Origin: an uncultured Collinsella sp.
GTDB taxonomy: Bacteria > Actinomycetota > Coriobacteriia > Coriobacteriales > Coriobacteriaceae
NCBI GenBank assembly: GCA_902479065.1
Contig: CABSNM010000004.1
Coordinates: forward strand, 41,562-105,561
Direction of reading: 5' to 3'
DNA: 64,000 nucleotides
In this document: positions 29,042-38,661 of the stretch, piece after piece
How positions within the stretch are numbered: position 1 is the stretch's first letter
How the letters are laid out: each line of letters opens with the position of its first letter
Made by a program: the position numbers and the translations under genes
The notes under the pieces: generated by a model
The model's database searches: none
What the model saw: only the letters and a program-made list of their open reading frames with translations
Told to the model about the DNA's origin: nothing

Positions 29042-30901
29042 TTACTGGGCGAATTGGCTGCGGTAGAGTTCGGCGTAGAAGCCGCCTGCCGCTAGTAGCT
29101 CGTCGTGCGTGCCGCGCTCGATAATCTGGCCGTCGCGCATCACCAAAATGCAGTCGGCGTTGCGGATGGTGCTCAGGCGATGCGCCACGACAAAGCTTGT
29201 GCGGCCAGCCATGAGCTCATCGAATGCCGCCTGCACCTGCTGCTCGGTGCGGGTATCGATGCTCGAGGTCGCCTCGTCCAGCAGCAAAATCGCCGGGTCG
29301 GTGAGCATGACGCGTGCGATGCACAGCAGCTGTTTTTGACCCTGGCTAAACGTGCCGCCGTCCTCGCCGATCACCGTATCGTAGCCGCCTGGCAGCTGCA
29401 CGATAAACTTGTGCGCGTGCGCGCGCTTGGCCGCCTCGACAACCTGTTCGCGCGTGGCATCGGGACAACCGTAGGCGATGTTTTCCGCCACCGTGCCCTC
29501 GAACAGCCAAGTGTCCTGCAGCACCATGCCAAAGGCGCGGCGCAGGCTTGCGCGCGTGTAGTCACGCGAGGAACGGCCATCGACCGCAATGCGACCGGCA
29601 TCGATATCGTAAAAACGCAGTAGCAAATTGATGAGCGTCGTCTTGCCACAGCCCGTAGGACCGACCAGGGCAAAGCGCATACCGGGCTTGGCATCGATGC
29701 AGATATCCTGCAGCAGCTTGCGGTCGGGCACGTAGCTAAAGTCCACGTGTTCAAAAGTCACCTCGCCCTGCGGGGCGACAAGCTCTACAGCGTCCGACGC
29801 GTCGGGCTCCTGCTCGCGCGCATCGAGCAGCGCAAACATGCGGCGCGCCGAGGCGTACGCGGTCTGGATCTGCGTAATGACGTTGGTGACCTCGTTGAAC
29901 GGCTTGGTGTACTGGTTGGCATAGGACAGGAAGATCTGCACGCCGCCCACCGTAAGCGCCGCGGGCACGCCCGTGATCACGCCCACGCAGCCGATCACAG
30001 CGACCACGGCATAGATGATGTTGTTGATAAAGCGCGTGCCGGGGTTGGAGAGCGAACCCATAAACTGCGCGCGCTCGCCCGCGGTGTAGAGCTCGGCATT
30101 GAGCGCGTCGAAGCGCGCTTGGGCGTTCGGGCCGTAGGCAAAGGCGTCGATTAGCTTTTGCTCGCCTACGTACTCCTCGATATGACCACCGAGCTGACCC
30201 TGAATACGCTGCTGCGCCGTAAAGCTCTTGTTGGAGAGTTTGGCGATGGCGCTGGCCGCAAAGATGGAGAGCGGCGTGACGAGCACCACTACGAGCGTCA
30301 TGGTCAGGTTGATGGAAAGCATAAACGCAAGCGTGCCAACGATGGTGATAACGCCGGTGAAAAGCTGGGTAAAGCCCTGCAGCAGACCGTCGCCTACCTG
30401 GTCGACGTCGTTGACCACGCGGCTCATAAGGTCGCCGTGGGCATGGCTGTCGATAAAGCTGAGCGGCATACGGCTGAGCTTGTCGCTCGCCTCCACGCGC
30501 ATGTCGCGCACCGTTTCGTAGGACAGGCGGTTGACGCAATAGCCCTGCAGCCACTGGAAGGACGCCGTGCCCACCACGACGAGCGCGAGTTTGGTAACGA
30601 GCGGCAGCAGCGCATCGAAGTCCACCTGCCCGGCGGCGACGATAAGGTCGATGCCCTCGCCGATGAGAATGGGCGTGTAGAGCTGCAGAATCACGGAGAT
30701 GGCGGCACTCACAAACGACGCTACAAACGAAATGCGATGCGGGCGGACATAGCCCAGCAGGCGGCGGGTCACCGCGCCCACGGGATAGCGCTCGGGATCG
30801 CCGGGCTGGCGCGGACCGTCGCCCAGGTCGTTGAGGTTATCGTTACCGGACACGTTGGCCGTCATCGTGGCGACCGAACCGGAGGAAGTGTACGGATTCA
30901 T
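29042..30901 (-). CDS. Heterodimeric ABC exporter subunit
   Basis: TMD, GPTGCGKT, FSQGQKQ, LLDEATS. Confidence 0.92.
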   Translation of the reverse strand: MNPYTSSGSVATMTANVSGNDNLNDLGDGPRQPGDPERYPVGAVTRRLLGYVRPHRISFVASFVSAAISVILQLYTPILIGEGIDLIVAAGQVDFDALLPLVTKLALVVVGTASFQWLQGYCVNRLSYETVRDMRVEASDKLSRMPLSFIDSHAHGDLMSRVVNDVDQVGDGLLQGFTQLFTGVITIVGTLAFMLSINLTMTLVVVLVTPLSIFAASAIAKLSNKSFTAQQRIQGQLGGHIEEYVGEQKLIDAFAYGPNAQARFDALNAELYTAGERAQFMGSLSNPGTRFINNIIYAVVAVIGCVGVITGVPAALTVGGVQIFLSYANQYTKPFNEVTNVITQIQTAYASARRMFALLDAREQEPDASDAVELVAPQGEVTFEHVDFSYVPDRKLLQDICIDAKPGMRFALVGPTGCGKTTLINLLLRFYDIDAGRIAVDGRSSRDYTRASLRRAFGMVLQDTWLFEGTVAENIAYGCPDATREQVVEAAKRAHAHKFIVQLPGGYDTVIGEDGGTFSQGQKQLLCIARVMLTDPAILLLDEATSSIDTRTEQQVQAAFDELMAGRTSFVVAHRLSTIRNADCILVMRDGQIIERGTHDELLAAGGFYAELYRSQFAQ

Positions 30902-32776
30902 TTAGCAGCCCTCCTTTGCGCAAGTGGATGCCGGGGCAGCCGGGGCGGACGCGGGACTTGGGACGGACGTGGGCGCCGCACTCCCCTGCTGGCCCTCGAG
31001 CTCCTCGCGGCGCAGCTGCGACTGGCAGATCTCGCGATAGAGCTGGCAGGTCGCGTACAGCTCGTCATGCGTGCCCAGGCCCGCAACCGAGCCGTGGTCG
31101 AGTACGCAGATCATGTCGGCATCGCGCACGGTCGAGACGCGCTGGCTTACGATGACGGTCGTGAGCGGCAGCCCGCCCTCGGCGGCACCGCACATGCTTC
31201 GTTCGCGAATGGCATGGCGAAGCGCCGCATCGGTCTTAAAGTCGAGCGCCGAGGCGGAGTCGTCCATGATCAATATCTGAGGCGAACCCACCAAGGCACG
31301 CGCGATGGTCAGGCGCTGGCGCTGACCGCCGCTAAAGTTCTTGCCGCCCGCCTCGACCGGGGCATCTAAGCCCTGGGGCTTGTTGCGCACGAACTCGCTC
31401 GCCTGCGCCATGTCGAGCGCCGCCCAGAGCTCCTCGTCGGTCGCCGACTCGTCACGCCAGGTCAGGTTGCTGCGGATGGTGCCGCTCACCAGCGACGCTC
31501 GCTGCGGAACGGTCGCGACCACGTGGCGCAGCTGGTCGAGCTGCCAGGCGCGCACGTCGGAGCCCATCACGTACACGCTGCCCACGCCCGCATCGTACAG
31601 GCGCGGGATAAGCGAAACGAGGGTCGACTTACCGCTGCCCGTGCCGCCGATAATGCCGAGGGTTTTGCCCACCGGCAGCTCCAGAGTCACATCGCTCACG
31701 GCATTTGCCGCGCCGGCGCCAAACGAGAAGCTCGCATGGTCAAAGCTCAGCGCAGGGACCGGAACAGCGCCACCCGTCAGGTCGCTCGGCTCAGGCAGCG
31801 CGACCGGCTGGTTGCCCTCGTCAGCGATGCTCGGCACGCAATTGAGCACCTCGTTGATACGCGACGCGCTGGCGCTCGCCTTGGTAAAGACCACGACCAG
31901 GTTGGCGACGTACACGATGGAGGTGAGCGTCTGCGTCATGTAGTTCACAAACGCCATGACCTGACCCTGCGTGAGCTCGCCCACGTTGACCTGGATGCCG
32001 CCCACCCACAGGATGGCGCACACGCCCAGGTTCATCACCAAAAACGTGACGGGATTAAGGATCGACGAGAGCTTGCCCACCGCGATGGCAGTATTGGCCT
32101 GGTCATCGGCGGCTTGGACAAAACGCTCGCGCTCGTGGTCCTCACGCACAAAGGCGCGAACAACGCGGGCGCCCGAAAGCCCCTCGCGGCAGATAAGCGC
32201 GATGCGGTCGAGCTTTGCCTGCAGCTGCCTGTAATACGGGATACAGCGCGCCATGACAAACCAAAACACCAGGCCGATAGCGGGCGTGCAGATCAAGAAG
32301 ATCATGCCGAGCTTAAGGTCGATGGCAAGGGCCGCGCACATAGAACCCACCGCCAAGAAGGGCCAGCGGATGAGCATGCGCACGCCCAGCGCCACAGCGA
32401 GCTGCACCTGGTTGACATCGTTGGTAATGCGCGTGATGAGCGACGGCGTTCCAAAGCAATCGAGTTCGACATAGCTCAGTTCGTTGATGTGCTGGTAGAG
32501 TGCACCGCGAATGTCGGTACCCATGCCCTGCGAAGTCAGCGCCGCCATCTTTTGGCAGACGAGCGTAAACGAGATGCCGATCACAGCCATGGCGCCAAGT
32601 ACCATGCCGTAGTGGATAACGGCGTTCACGTCGTGCGAGCCAATGCCCTTATCGATCATCTGGGCAATCACCAGCGGCGTCAGCAGGTCAAAGATCACTT
32701 CGATCAGCTTGCACGCAGGACCAATCACCATATACCGGCGAAACTTACCACCAAAACGCCTGAGCAGCTCAATCAT
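30902..32776 (-). CDS. Heterodimeric ABC exporter subunit (degenerate site)
   Basis: TMD, GGTGSGKS, FSGGQRQR, MDDSASALD. Confidence 0.92.
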   Translation of the reverse strand: MIELLRRFGGKFRRYMVIGPACKLIEVIFDLLTPLVIAQMIDKGIGSHDVNAVIHYGMVLGAMAVIGISFTLVCQKMAALTSQGMGTDIRGALYQHINELSYVELDCFGTPSLITRITNDVNQVQLAVALGVRMLIRWPFLAVGSMCAALAIDLKLGMIFLICTPAIGLVFWFVMARCIPYYRQLQAKLDRIALICREGLSGARVVRAFVREDHERERFVQAADDQANTAIAVGKLSSILNPVTFLVMNLGVCAILWVGGIQVNVGELTQGQVMAFVNYMTQTLTSIVYVANLVVVFTKASASASRINEVLNCVPSIADEGNQPVALPEPSDLTGGAVPVPALSFDHASFSFGAGAANAVSDVTLELPVGKTLGIIGGTGSGKSTLVSLIPRLYDAGVGSVYVMGSDVRAWQLDQLRHVVATVPQRASLVSGTIRSNLTWRDESATDEELWAALDMAQASEFVRNKPQGLDAPVEAGGKNFSGGQRQRLTIARALVGSPQILIMDDSASALDFKTDAALRHAIRERSMCGAAEGGLPLTTVIVSQRVSTVRDADMICVLDHGSVAGLGTHDELYATCQLYREICQSQLRREELEGQQGSAAPTSVPSPASAPAAPASTCAKEGC

Positions 32777-32991
32777 GTATAGGCGCTCCCTATCATCATT
32801 CACACTCAATTCGAATCATGATAGTACGGTGAGCCCAAAAGAAGCGTAAACAACTCGTCATTTCTAATGGGATTCGGTTTCCAAAGAAGCGGAAAGGCAC
32901 GCGCACACCCAGCCAGTGTCGGGTCGACCGCCTGATATACTTACATTAGTGCTACCAAGTTAGTCGCCGACCCTTGAAATGAGGTGCCGAG

Positions 32992-34005
32992 ATGAACGAC
33001 ATTCTCGCAAGAAGAGCAAGAAGAGCAAGACGAGCAACTGTGGGCATCGCCCTTTCCGCGGCACTTGTCGCGGGAATCGCCCCCGCAACGGCGATCGCGG
33101 CAGAAATCAGCTCCCCCACCGATGCAGTCGCCTTGCAGACAGCGGCCGCGAACTCGAGCGAAACCGCGGCCACCGAAAAAGACAAAGCGTATGCAGCCAT
33201 GCAGGAAGCGCTCAAAAACCTCGAGGCCGCAAAAGACGCCGCAAGTCCCGAGAAAATTGCGGAAATCGATACTAAAATTGCCATTTTTCAAAAGAACTAC
33301 GACACTAATTTGGCGCGAGCTGCCATATATAAGGAATCCCTTCCTACCATGCAAGCGGACATCGATGCAGCCCAATCCGAATGCGATAAGGCCCACAACC
33401 GAACAAGAGACCTTGAGGCAGAATTAAATAAAATCCCCCACACGGATTACGAAACTAGATGGCAGTTGGAACTGGCGATCATGGATGCACAAGAGCAAGA
33501 ATCTCGTTGTGAAGATAAGCTTGAGCACTGCCGAATGCGCCTCGAAAGTCAGAAAAGCCTGATTTATTTCTTAGAAAGCGAAGTAGAGTTTAATAAAACC
33601 CACCTCGACGGAGAAACAGCCAAGCGAGATGCGCTCCTCGGCGATTTGGAAAAGGCGCAAGCGGCCTATGACGACGCCTGCAAGGCATACGAAGAGGCAA
33701 AGGCCGCGGCAGACAAGGCCACCTCGCCCGAGATAACGAAACCGACCGAGACGACGCCTCCCTCCGGCTCAACGCAACCCGCCGAGGCGACACCGCCCGT
33801 TGCCTCACCTGCAACCGGCAAAGACGCCCTACCAAGCTCCACCAAGCAGGCGAACTCGAGCAGCGGCAAGCAAGCAAATACGACCGCCGGCAAGCTCGCG
33901 AACACGGGCGACGCAGCGCCGAGCGCAATCGCACTCGCAGCAGTCGCCGCCGCAGGCCTCGGAATAACCGCCACAGCCACACGCCGCATCAAGAACTCAA
34001 AATAG
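32992..34005 (+). CDS. Coiled-coil cell-surface protein with LANTG sorting signal
   Basis: Signal peptide, helical heptad-like region, P/T/S-rich linker, KLANTGD + hydrophobic segment + RRIKNSK. Confidence 0.8.
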   Translation: MNDILARRARRARRATVGIALSAALVAGIAPATAIAAEISSPTDAVALQTAAANSSETAATEKDKAYAAMQEALKNLEAAKDAASPEKIAEIDTKIAIFQKNYDTNLARAAIYKESLPTMQADIDAAQSECDKAHNRTRDLEAELNKIPHTDYETRWQLELAIMDAQEQESRCEDKLEHCRMRLESQKSLIYFLESEVEFNKTHLDGETAKRDALLGDLEKAQAAYDDACKAYEEAKAAADKATSPEITKPTETTPPSGSTQPAEATPPVASPATGKDALPSSTKQANSSSGKQANTTAGKLANTGDAAPSAIALAAVAAAGLGITATATRRIKNSK

Positions 34006-34050
34006 CCGACAGAGCATTCTGCCTTCACCAATCCACAAGCCCAGAGACAA

Positions 34051-34091
34051 AAAGAGGCTCGTTTCCCCAACCTAGGGAAACGAGCCTCTTT
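34051..34091 (+). terminator. Intrinsic terminator (possibly bidirectional)
   Basis: AAAGAGGCTCGTTTCCC / GGGAAACGAGCCTCTTT. Confidence 0.75.
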
Positions 34092-34233
34092 AACTGCAAT
34101 AATTCAAGCAACAGCACCGCCGCCTCTTGAACCACGTAGCCATCAATGCCCAGACAACGCCAACGAGCAGCATTCCTTAAGGGATAGATTAAATTAGATA
34201 AACGCGCCTTTACGGGTGATTTTTGGACGACGG

Positions 34234-34328
34234 GGCCCGGCCGGCGGCGAGGTGTTTGGTAGTCGAGCGATCCCGCAGGCGAAGCCGAGGACCAGCGAGA
34301 CACCAAACACCTCGCCGCCGGCCGGGCC
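34234..34328. repeat. 95-nt hairpin with perfect 27-bp arms
   Basis: 34234-34260 is the exact reverse complement of 34302-34328. Confidence 0.85.
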
Positions 34329-34346
34329 ATGTCGCGGCACCAAAAT

Positions 34347-34466
34347 AGCGCCCGTGCGCTCGATGGATTCGGATGCCCGACAGAGGCTCCTTATGGCTGC
34401 TTCCTTCCGGACCTGACCAGATTCGGAACATGTCGTCATCCGAACCCTTCGAACGCGCTAGGCGCT
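34347..34466 (-). ncRNA. ffs: Signal recognition particle RNA (small, 4.5S type)
   Basis: Minus strand contains TCAGGTCCGGAAGGAAGCAGC; complementary ends AGCGCC/GGCGCT; TAAGAT -10 just upstream; lies downstream of tadA. Confidence 0.92.
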
Positions 34467-34508
34467 CGGTATATCTTACCTGCTCCCGCCCGCCAGAGCA
34501 AGGTAGCT

Positions 34509-34595
34509 AATTTGGGACGGAGCTTTTTTGACTACTTTTGCAGCCCGATTGCCAGAGCAGCCAATGAGTAGTCAAAAATAGTCCCATCCCAAAAT
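34509..34595. repeat. Imperfect palindrome with TTTGGGACGG arms
   Basis: ~28-bp imperfect arms; single arms recur at about 47392-47416 and 2927-2944. Confidence 0.55.
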
Positions 34596-34612
34596 GACCG
34601 GCTTGGTGCCGC

Positions 34613-34772
34613 ACCACAGAAAGGGCCCATCTACTACGTTTAGGCCACAGGGGTCAACCATAGCCGACTTTTTCGAAAATCGGCAAGCTTTCTACCTGCG
34701 GTTTTGTTTTTGCAAATTCCGGAATGGTCGAGGGTGGCCGGTTTAACGTAGTAGATTGCCACATTTCATGGC
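34613..34772. repeat. MITE-like ~160-bp element (ATCTACTACGTTTA family, copy 2)
   Basis: Aligns end to end with the reverse complement of 7536-7697. Confidence 0.75.
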
Positions 34773-34823
34773 AGACGGTCCGACCCAAGGCACAAGGCAG
34801 CCAGCCTCGAATGGACATTCTCG

Positions 34824-34892
34824 AAGTTGCGGTGGAATACGGACTGAATTGGCACCTTAAAGGCAAAAACACTCCGTATTTCACCGCAACTT
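34824..34892. repeat. AGTTGCGGTG palindromic repeat (copy 2)
   Basis: Same arms as 14671-14737, diverged loop. Confidence 0.8.
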
Positions 34893-34908
34893 ATCGAGGG
34901 GATGGGTT

Positions 34909-36690
34909 TTAGAGGCGAGCGAGGTCGTAGGCTTGGGCGGCTGATTCACCGGCGAAGATGAGGTTGGTTGTGGCTTCCTGAGGATTGAGCGCCTGGTCGA
35001 GAGGCATGGGCTTGCGGCAGATCGGCAGTACCAAGTCGATACCTTGCTCATATACCGCGTTCAGGTTGTCAGCACGGCCGCCCACGACGGCGACCACCGG
35101 CTTGCCATATCGCCTGGCGCGGCGAGCCACACCCACCGGCGCCTTACCGGCGGCGGACTGCTCGTCCATATTGCCCTCGCCCGTTATGACCAGGTCGACA
35201 TCGCGCACGCGCTCGTCAAACCCCACGAGATCGAGCACCGTCTCCACACCCGAGCGTAGCTCCGCGCCGAGCGCCAGCAACGCCGCGCCCAAGCCACCGG
35301 CAGCGCCCGCACCGGGTACACCGAGCACCGAGCCAAATGTCCGTGCGCCCTCGGGTGTGCGCAACAACCCCTGGGCTCGAGCTCTGGCAATCGCCGCATC
35401 GAGCAAGCGACCGTAGCCGACCATCCAGCCGTCGTATCTGCGCAGCACCTCGACATCATCCGCCGGCAGGCCCTTCTGCCCGCCAAACACCGCCAGTGCG
35501 CCTCGACGCCCCACGAGCGGATTCTCGACATCCGAAAGCACAACGATGCGAGCATCATCCAAAGCCTGCAGCGCGGGCGCCAAATCAACGCTCGCCACCT
35601 GCTCAAGGCCGGCAAGACCGGGGGCGACATCGCATCCCTGATCATCGACCACACGCGCGCCCAGCGCCTGCAGCATGCCGGCGCCACCGTCGTTGGTGGC
35701 ACTGCCGCCCAAGCCAATATAGATAGTCTTTACCCCGACACGAACTGCACGGAGCATCAGCTCGCCCACGCCATAGGTTGTAGCAGCCAGCGCCGCCGAT
35801 TCCGTGCAAGGTGAGTACCCGATGCCTGCTGCTTCGGCCATCTCAATAACAACCGACTCGTGCTCGCCGTCCACTAACATCCGGGCAGGCACACCATCGC
35901 CAAAGGGTCCCGCAACCTCGCAGGTCACAATCTCACCGCCGCACGCGGCAACGGCATCGAGCGTCCCCTCACCGCCATCTGCCAGCGGCAAAGCGTTCAG
36001 CTCGGCATCGGGCCACACATGGCGCATGCCCTCGGCAACCGCTGCCTCCGCCTGCGCGCTCGAAACGCTGCCCTTAAAGGAGTCGATCGCCAGCAGCACA
36101 CGGCAGGGCCGACGGCATGCAGGACCAAAGTCAACCGCCGTGCCAGCATCCTCACCGGCACCTGCAAGCGCTGCGGCGTGAGCGGCGTGTGCTTCAAGAT
36201 CGGCCCCACAACCGCAATCAGCGCCGCCCGCTCCGCGCAGACCGCCAAAATAGCTACTCAGCAGCTCGCGGCATTCATCCGCCAGTACGCCGGCGGTCAC
36301 ATTGAACCGATGATTCAGGCGCGAGTCGGCATTGAGGTCATACAGGGATCCCAGCGCGCCCGCCTTGGCATCAGCCGCGCCATACACGCAGCGCCCCACG
36401 CGCGCGTTAACCATAAGCCCCGCACACATGCAGCATGGCTCGAGCGTCACGTAGACCGTGCAATCGGAAAGGCGCCAACGACCGAGCGACCGAGAGGCAG
36501 CGCACAGGGCCGCGAACTCGGCATGAGCCGAAGGATCCTGGTCGAGCTCGCGCCGATTGTGCGCCCTCGCGACGATCTCGCCGTCGCGCACCACTACGGC
36601 TCCGATGGGCACCTCGCCCACCGTCGCGGCGGCGCGCGCCTCCGCCAACGCCTCGCGCATGAACTTCTCGTCGATTTCGGTGATCGTCAT
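34909..36690 (-). CDS. tadA: Fusion of tRNA adenosine(34) deaminase TadA and glycerate kinase (GlxK/GarK family)
   Basis: N-term GEVPIGAV, HAE, TLEPCCMC; C-term DSFKGS, ADGGEGT, GLGGSATNDGG, GAGAAGG, ITGEG; one uninterrupted frame. Confidence 0.88.
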   Translation of the reverse strand: MTITEIDEKFMREALAEARAAATVGEVPIGAVVVRDGEIVARAHNRRELDQDPSAHAEFAALCAASRSLGRWRLSDCTVYVTLEPCCMCAGLMVNARVGRCVYGAADAKAGALGSLYDLNADSRLNHRFNVTAGVLADECRELLSSYFGGLRGAGGADCGCGADLEAHAAHAAALAGAGEDAGTAVDFGPACRRPCRVLLAIDSFKGSVSSAQAEAAVAEGMRHVWPDAELNALPLADGGEGTLDAVAACGGEIVTCEVAGPFGDGVPARMLVDGEHESVVIEMAEAAGIGYSPCTESAALAATTYGVGELMLRAVRVGVKTIYIGLGGSATNDGGAGMLQALGARVVDDQGCDVAPGLAGLEQVASVDLAPALQALDDARIVVLSDVENPLVGRRGALAVFGGQKGLPADDVEVLRRYDGWMVGYGRLLDAAIARARAQGLLRTPEGARTFGSVLGVPGAGAAGGLGAALLALGAELRSGVETVLDLVGFDERVRDVDLVITGEGNMDEQSAAGKAPVGVARRARRYGKPVVAVVGGRADNLNAVYEQGIDLVLPICRKPMPLDQALNPQEATTNLIFAGESAAQAYDLARL

Positions 36691-36741
36691 CGTTCGCCTT
36701 CCCTGTTGCAAATTCAAAACGATGCTATCATTACGACTCAC

Positions 36742-36831
36742 GGAGAGATGGCAGAGCGGTTGAATGCGGCGGTCTTGAAAACCGTTGAGCGCGAGAGCGT
36801 TCCGGGGGTTCGAATCCCCCTCTCTCCGCCA
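36742..36831 (+). tRNA. tRNA-Ser(TGA)
   Basis: GGAGAGA/TCTCTCC acceptor stem, anticodon loop CTTGAAA, long variable arm, GTTCGAATC, encoded CCA. Confidence 0.97.
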
Positions 36832-36834
36832 CTC

Positions 36835-37431
36835 CTAGTGATGCACCGGTGTCATGGTCCGCTCAAACAACGCATCGACCACGTCGGCTATCTCAGGTCG
36901 GCGCTCAAGATCGTGGCCCGATTCCCACCATATCGTGAAAAGTCGAATAATACCGCCGGCGACAAACTCAGACGTCGTCTCGAGTGACACGGGGGCCAGG
37001 GCATCCTCGGCAAGCACGTTCATCACACGCTCGCGGATGGAGCGGGCAATGCGGTCGCAAATAACGTTGGTCAACATGCCCGACATGCTGCTTGCCAAAA
37101 TGTTATCCATGAGCCGCTCGTGCGCCAGAATCAAATCCATGGCATCGTCCAAAATCGCGTGCCGAAGCGCGCGCACGTCCTCGGCAGATACCGCGCCGGC
37201 CTCATCGGGCTGTTTTTGCGGCAAGCCCGACATGAGCTCATCGATATAAAAGGCAAAGTAATCGTTCTTGTCGCGAAAGTGCTTGTAGAACGTCGTGCGG
37301 CGAATCATGGCGCGGTCGCACAGCATGGCGACCGTCAGGTCCTCAAACCGATGCTCCTCGAGAAGCTCGGTAAAGGCATCGAACAGGGCGCGGTAGGTTT
37401 TCTTGATGCGAAGGTCCACTGGTATCGCCAT
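36835..37431 (-). CDS. TetR/AcrR-family regulator
   Basis: DLRIKKT...LTVAMLCDRAMIRRTTFYKHFRDK HTH. Confidence 0.9.
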   Translation of the reverse strand: MAIPVDLRIKKTYRALFDAFTELLEEHRFEDLTVAMLCDRAMIRRTTFYKHFRDKNDYFAFYIDELMSGLPQKQPDEAGAVSAEDVRALRHAILDDAMDLILAHERLMDNILASSMSGMLTNVICDRIARSIRERVMNVLAEDALAPVSLETTSEFVAGGIIRLFTIWWESGHDLERRPEIADVVDALFERTMTPVHH

Positions 37432-37630
37432 CCTCAGGACAAAGACAACACTCGTCAATCTGTCGCATATCTTACACCTGTACCTCGCGCGCTTTGCCCC
37501 GGTGCCAACCCCGCCGAAAACACAACGCTTACCGGAAAGTTCGGCACGGTAAAACGTTGCGGGTATACTAGTAGCGTTATACCAACGGCAGCTGGCGCAT
37601 GCCGCCGCGGCCATTCGAAACGGAGACATC

Positions 37631-38182
37631 ATGATTACCGTCATCATCGGCATCGTTGTTGTCATTGTGATTGTCTGCGCCATCGCCGGCATCTACAACA
37701 ACATGGTCACCAAGCGTAACCGCATCGATAACGCCTGGCAGAACATCGATACGCAGCTGCAGCGCCGTAACGACCTGATCCCCAACCTGGTCGAAACCGT
37801 CAAGGGCTACGCCAAGCACGAGCAGGAGACGCTCTCCGCCGTGATCAGTGCGCGTAACACCGCCGTCAAGGCCACCACGCCCGAGGCCAAGATGGAAGCC
37901 GACAACGTGCTGACCGGCGCACTGCGCCAGCTCTTCGCTGTGGCCGAGGCCTATCCCGATCTTAAGGCAAACACCAACTTTACGCAGCTGCAGGCATCGC
38001 TCGAGGACACCGAGAACAAGATTAGCTATGCACGCCAGAGCTACAACGACTGCGTGCTCAGCTACAACAACGCCATTCAGACGTTCCCGGCTGTCATCTT
38101 TGCTGGCATCTTCCAGTTTAAGGAGCGCCAGGGCTTCGAGGCCGCTGAAGCAGCCCGCCAGGCCCCGACCGTCAAGTTCTAG
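37631..38182 (+). CDS. lemA: LemA-family protein
   Basis: N-terminal TM, QLQRRNDLIPNLVETVKGYA, AEAYPDLKAN. Confidence 0.95.
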   Translation: MITVIIGIVVVIVIVCAIAGIYNNMVTKRNRIDNAWQNIDTQLQRRNDLIPNLVETVKGYAKHEQETLSAVISARNTAVKATTPEAKMEADNVLTGALRQLFAVAEAYPDLKANTNFTQLQASLEDTENKISYARQSYNDCVLSYNNAIQTFPAVIFAGIFQFKERQGFEAAEAARQAPTVKF

Positions 38183-38218
38183 TAGTTTGACAGCGCATCC
38201 TTAATCGGCCAAATGCAT

Positions 38219-38264
38219 AAACCGCCCCGTCGAATGCATACTTCGACGGGGCGGTTTCCTTTTT
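38219..38264 (+). terminator. Intrinsic terminator after lemA
   Basis: AAACCGCCCCGTCGAA / TTCGACGGGGCGGTTT followed by a T-rich tail. Confidence 0.78.
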
Positions 38265-38265
38265 C

Positions 38266-38490
38266 GCGAAGGTCCCCCTCTAAGCGTCGTGCATTTTTAG
38301 GAGTATTCAACATAACCAAGGGCTTCGGGCGCCACGACAAATGCCAAAGACCGCGAATATCCCTGCAAATCAAACGCTGTCAGCCCGTAACCCCACCCAT
38401 CATTCGTAGAAAACATCGAGAACTCCCGATTTTTTGCCCGAAGCCGGTATGCAGGGGCCTTTGATTGCAGAATACTCGCAAAAATGCACG
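38266..38490. repeat. MITE-like element (GAGTATTC family, copy 2)
   Basis: Left end aligns with 9936-9978; inner IR GTGCATTTTT..GAGTATTC / GAATACTC..AAAAATGCAC. Confidence 0.6.
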
Positions 38491-38526
38491 TCGCCACCGC
38501 CCCCACATGGCGCGAAGCAAAACAAA

Positions 38527-38639
38527 AGGGCGACCTTCCTTTCCGGCGCACTCCGCAGGACGAAAGAACCTCCGCCGCACAAAGTGCGCAGCGGAGGTTC
38601 TTTCATGTCCGAGGACGCGCCGGAAAGGAAGGTCGCCCT
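38527..38639. repeat. 113-nt rod-like hairpin
   Basis: Perfect 23-bp outer stem and perfect 14-bp inner stem. Confidence 0.85.
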
Positions 38640-38661
38640 CGGGCCGGACAGCTAAGACAGC

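Noticed and set aside
33007..33037. Phase-variable tandem repeat
   Set aside because: The unit is 9 bp, so copy-number change would not shift the frame
36742..36900. Integrative element at the tRNA-Ser 3' end
   Set aside because: No integrase, and I saw no duplicated tRNA 3' end in the window
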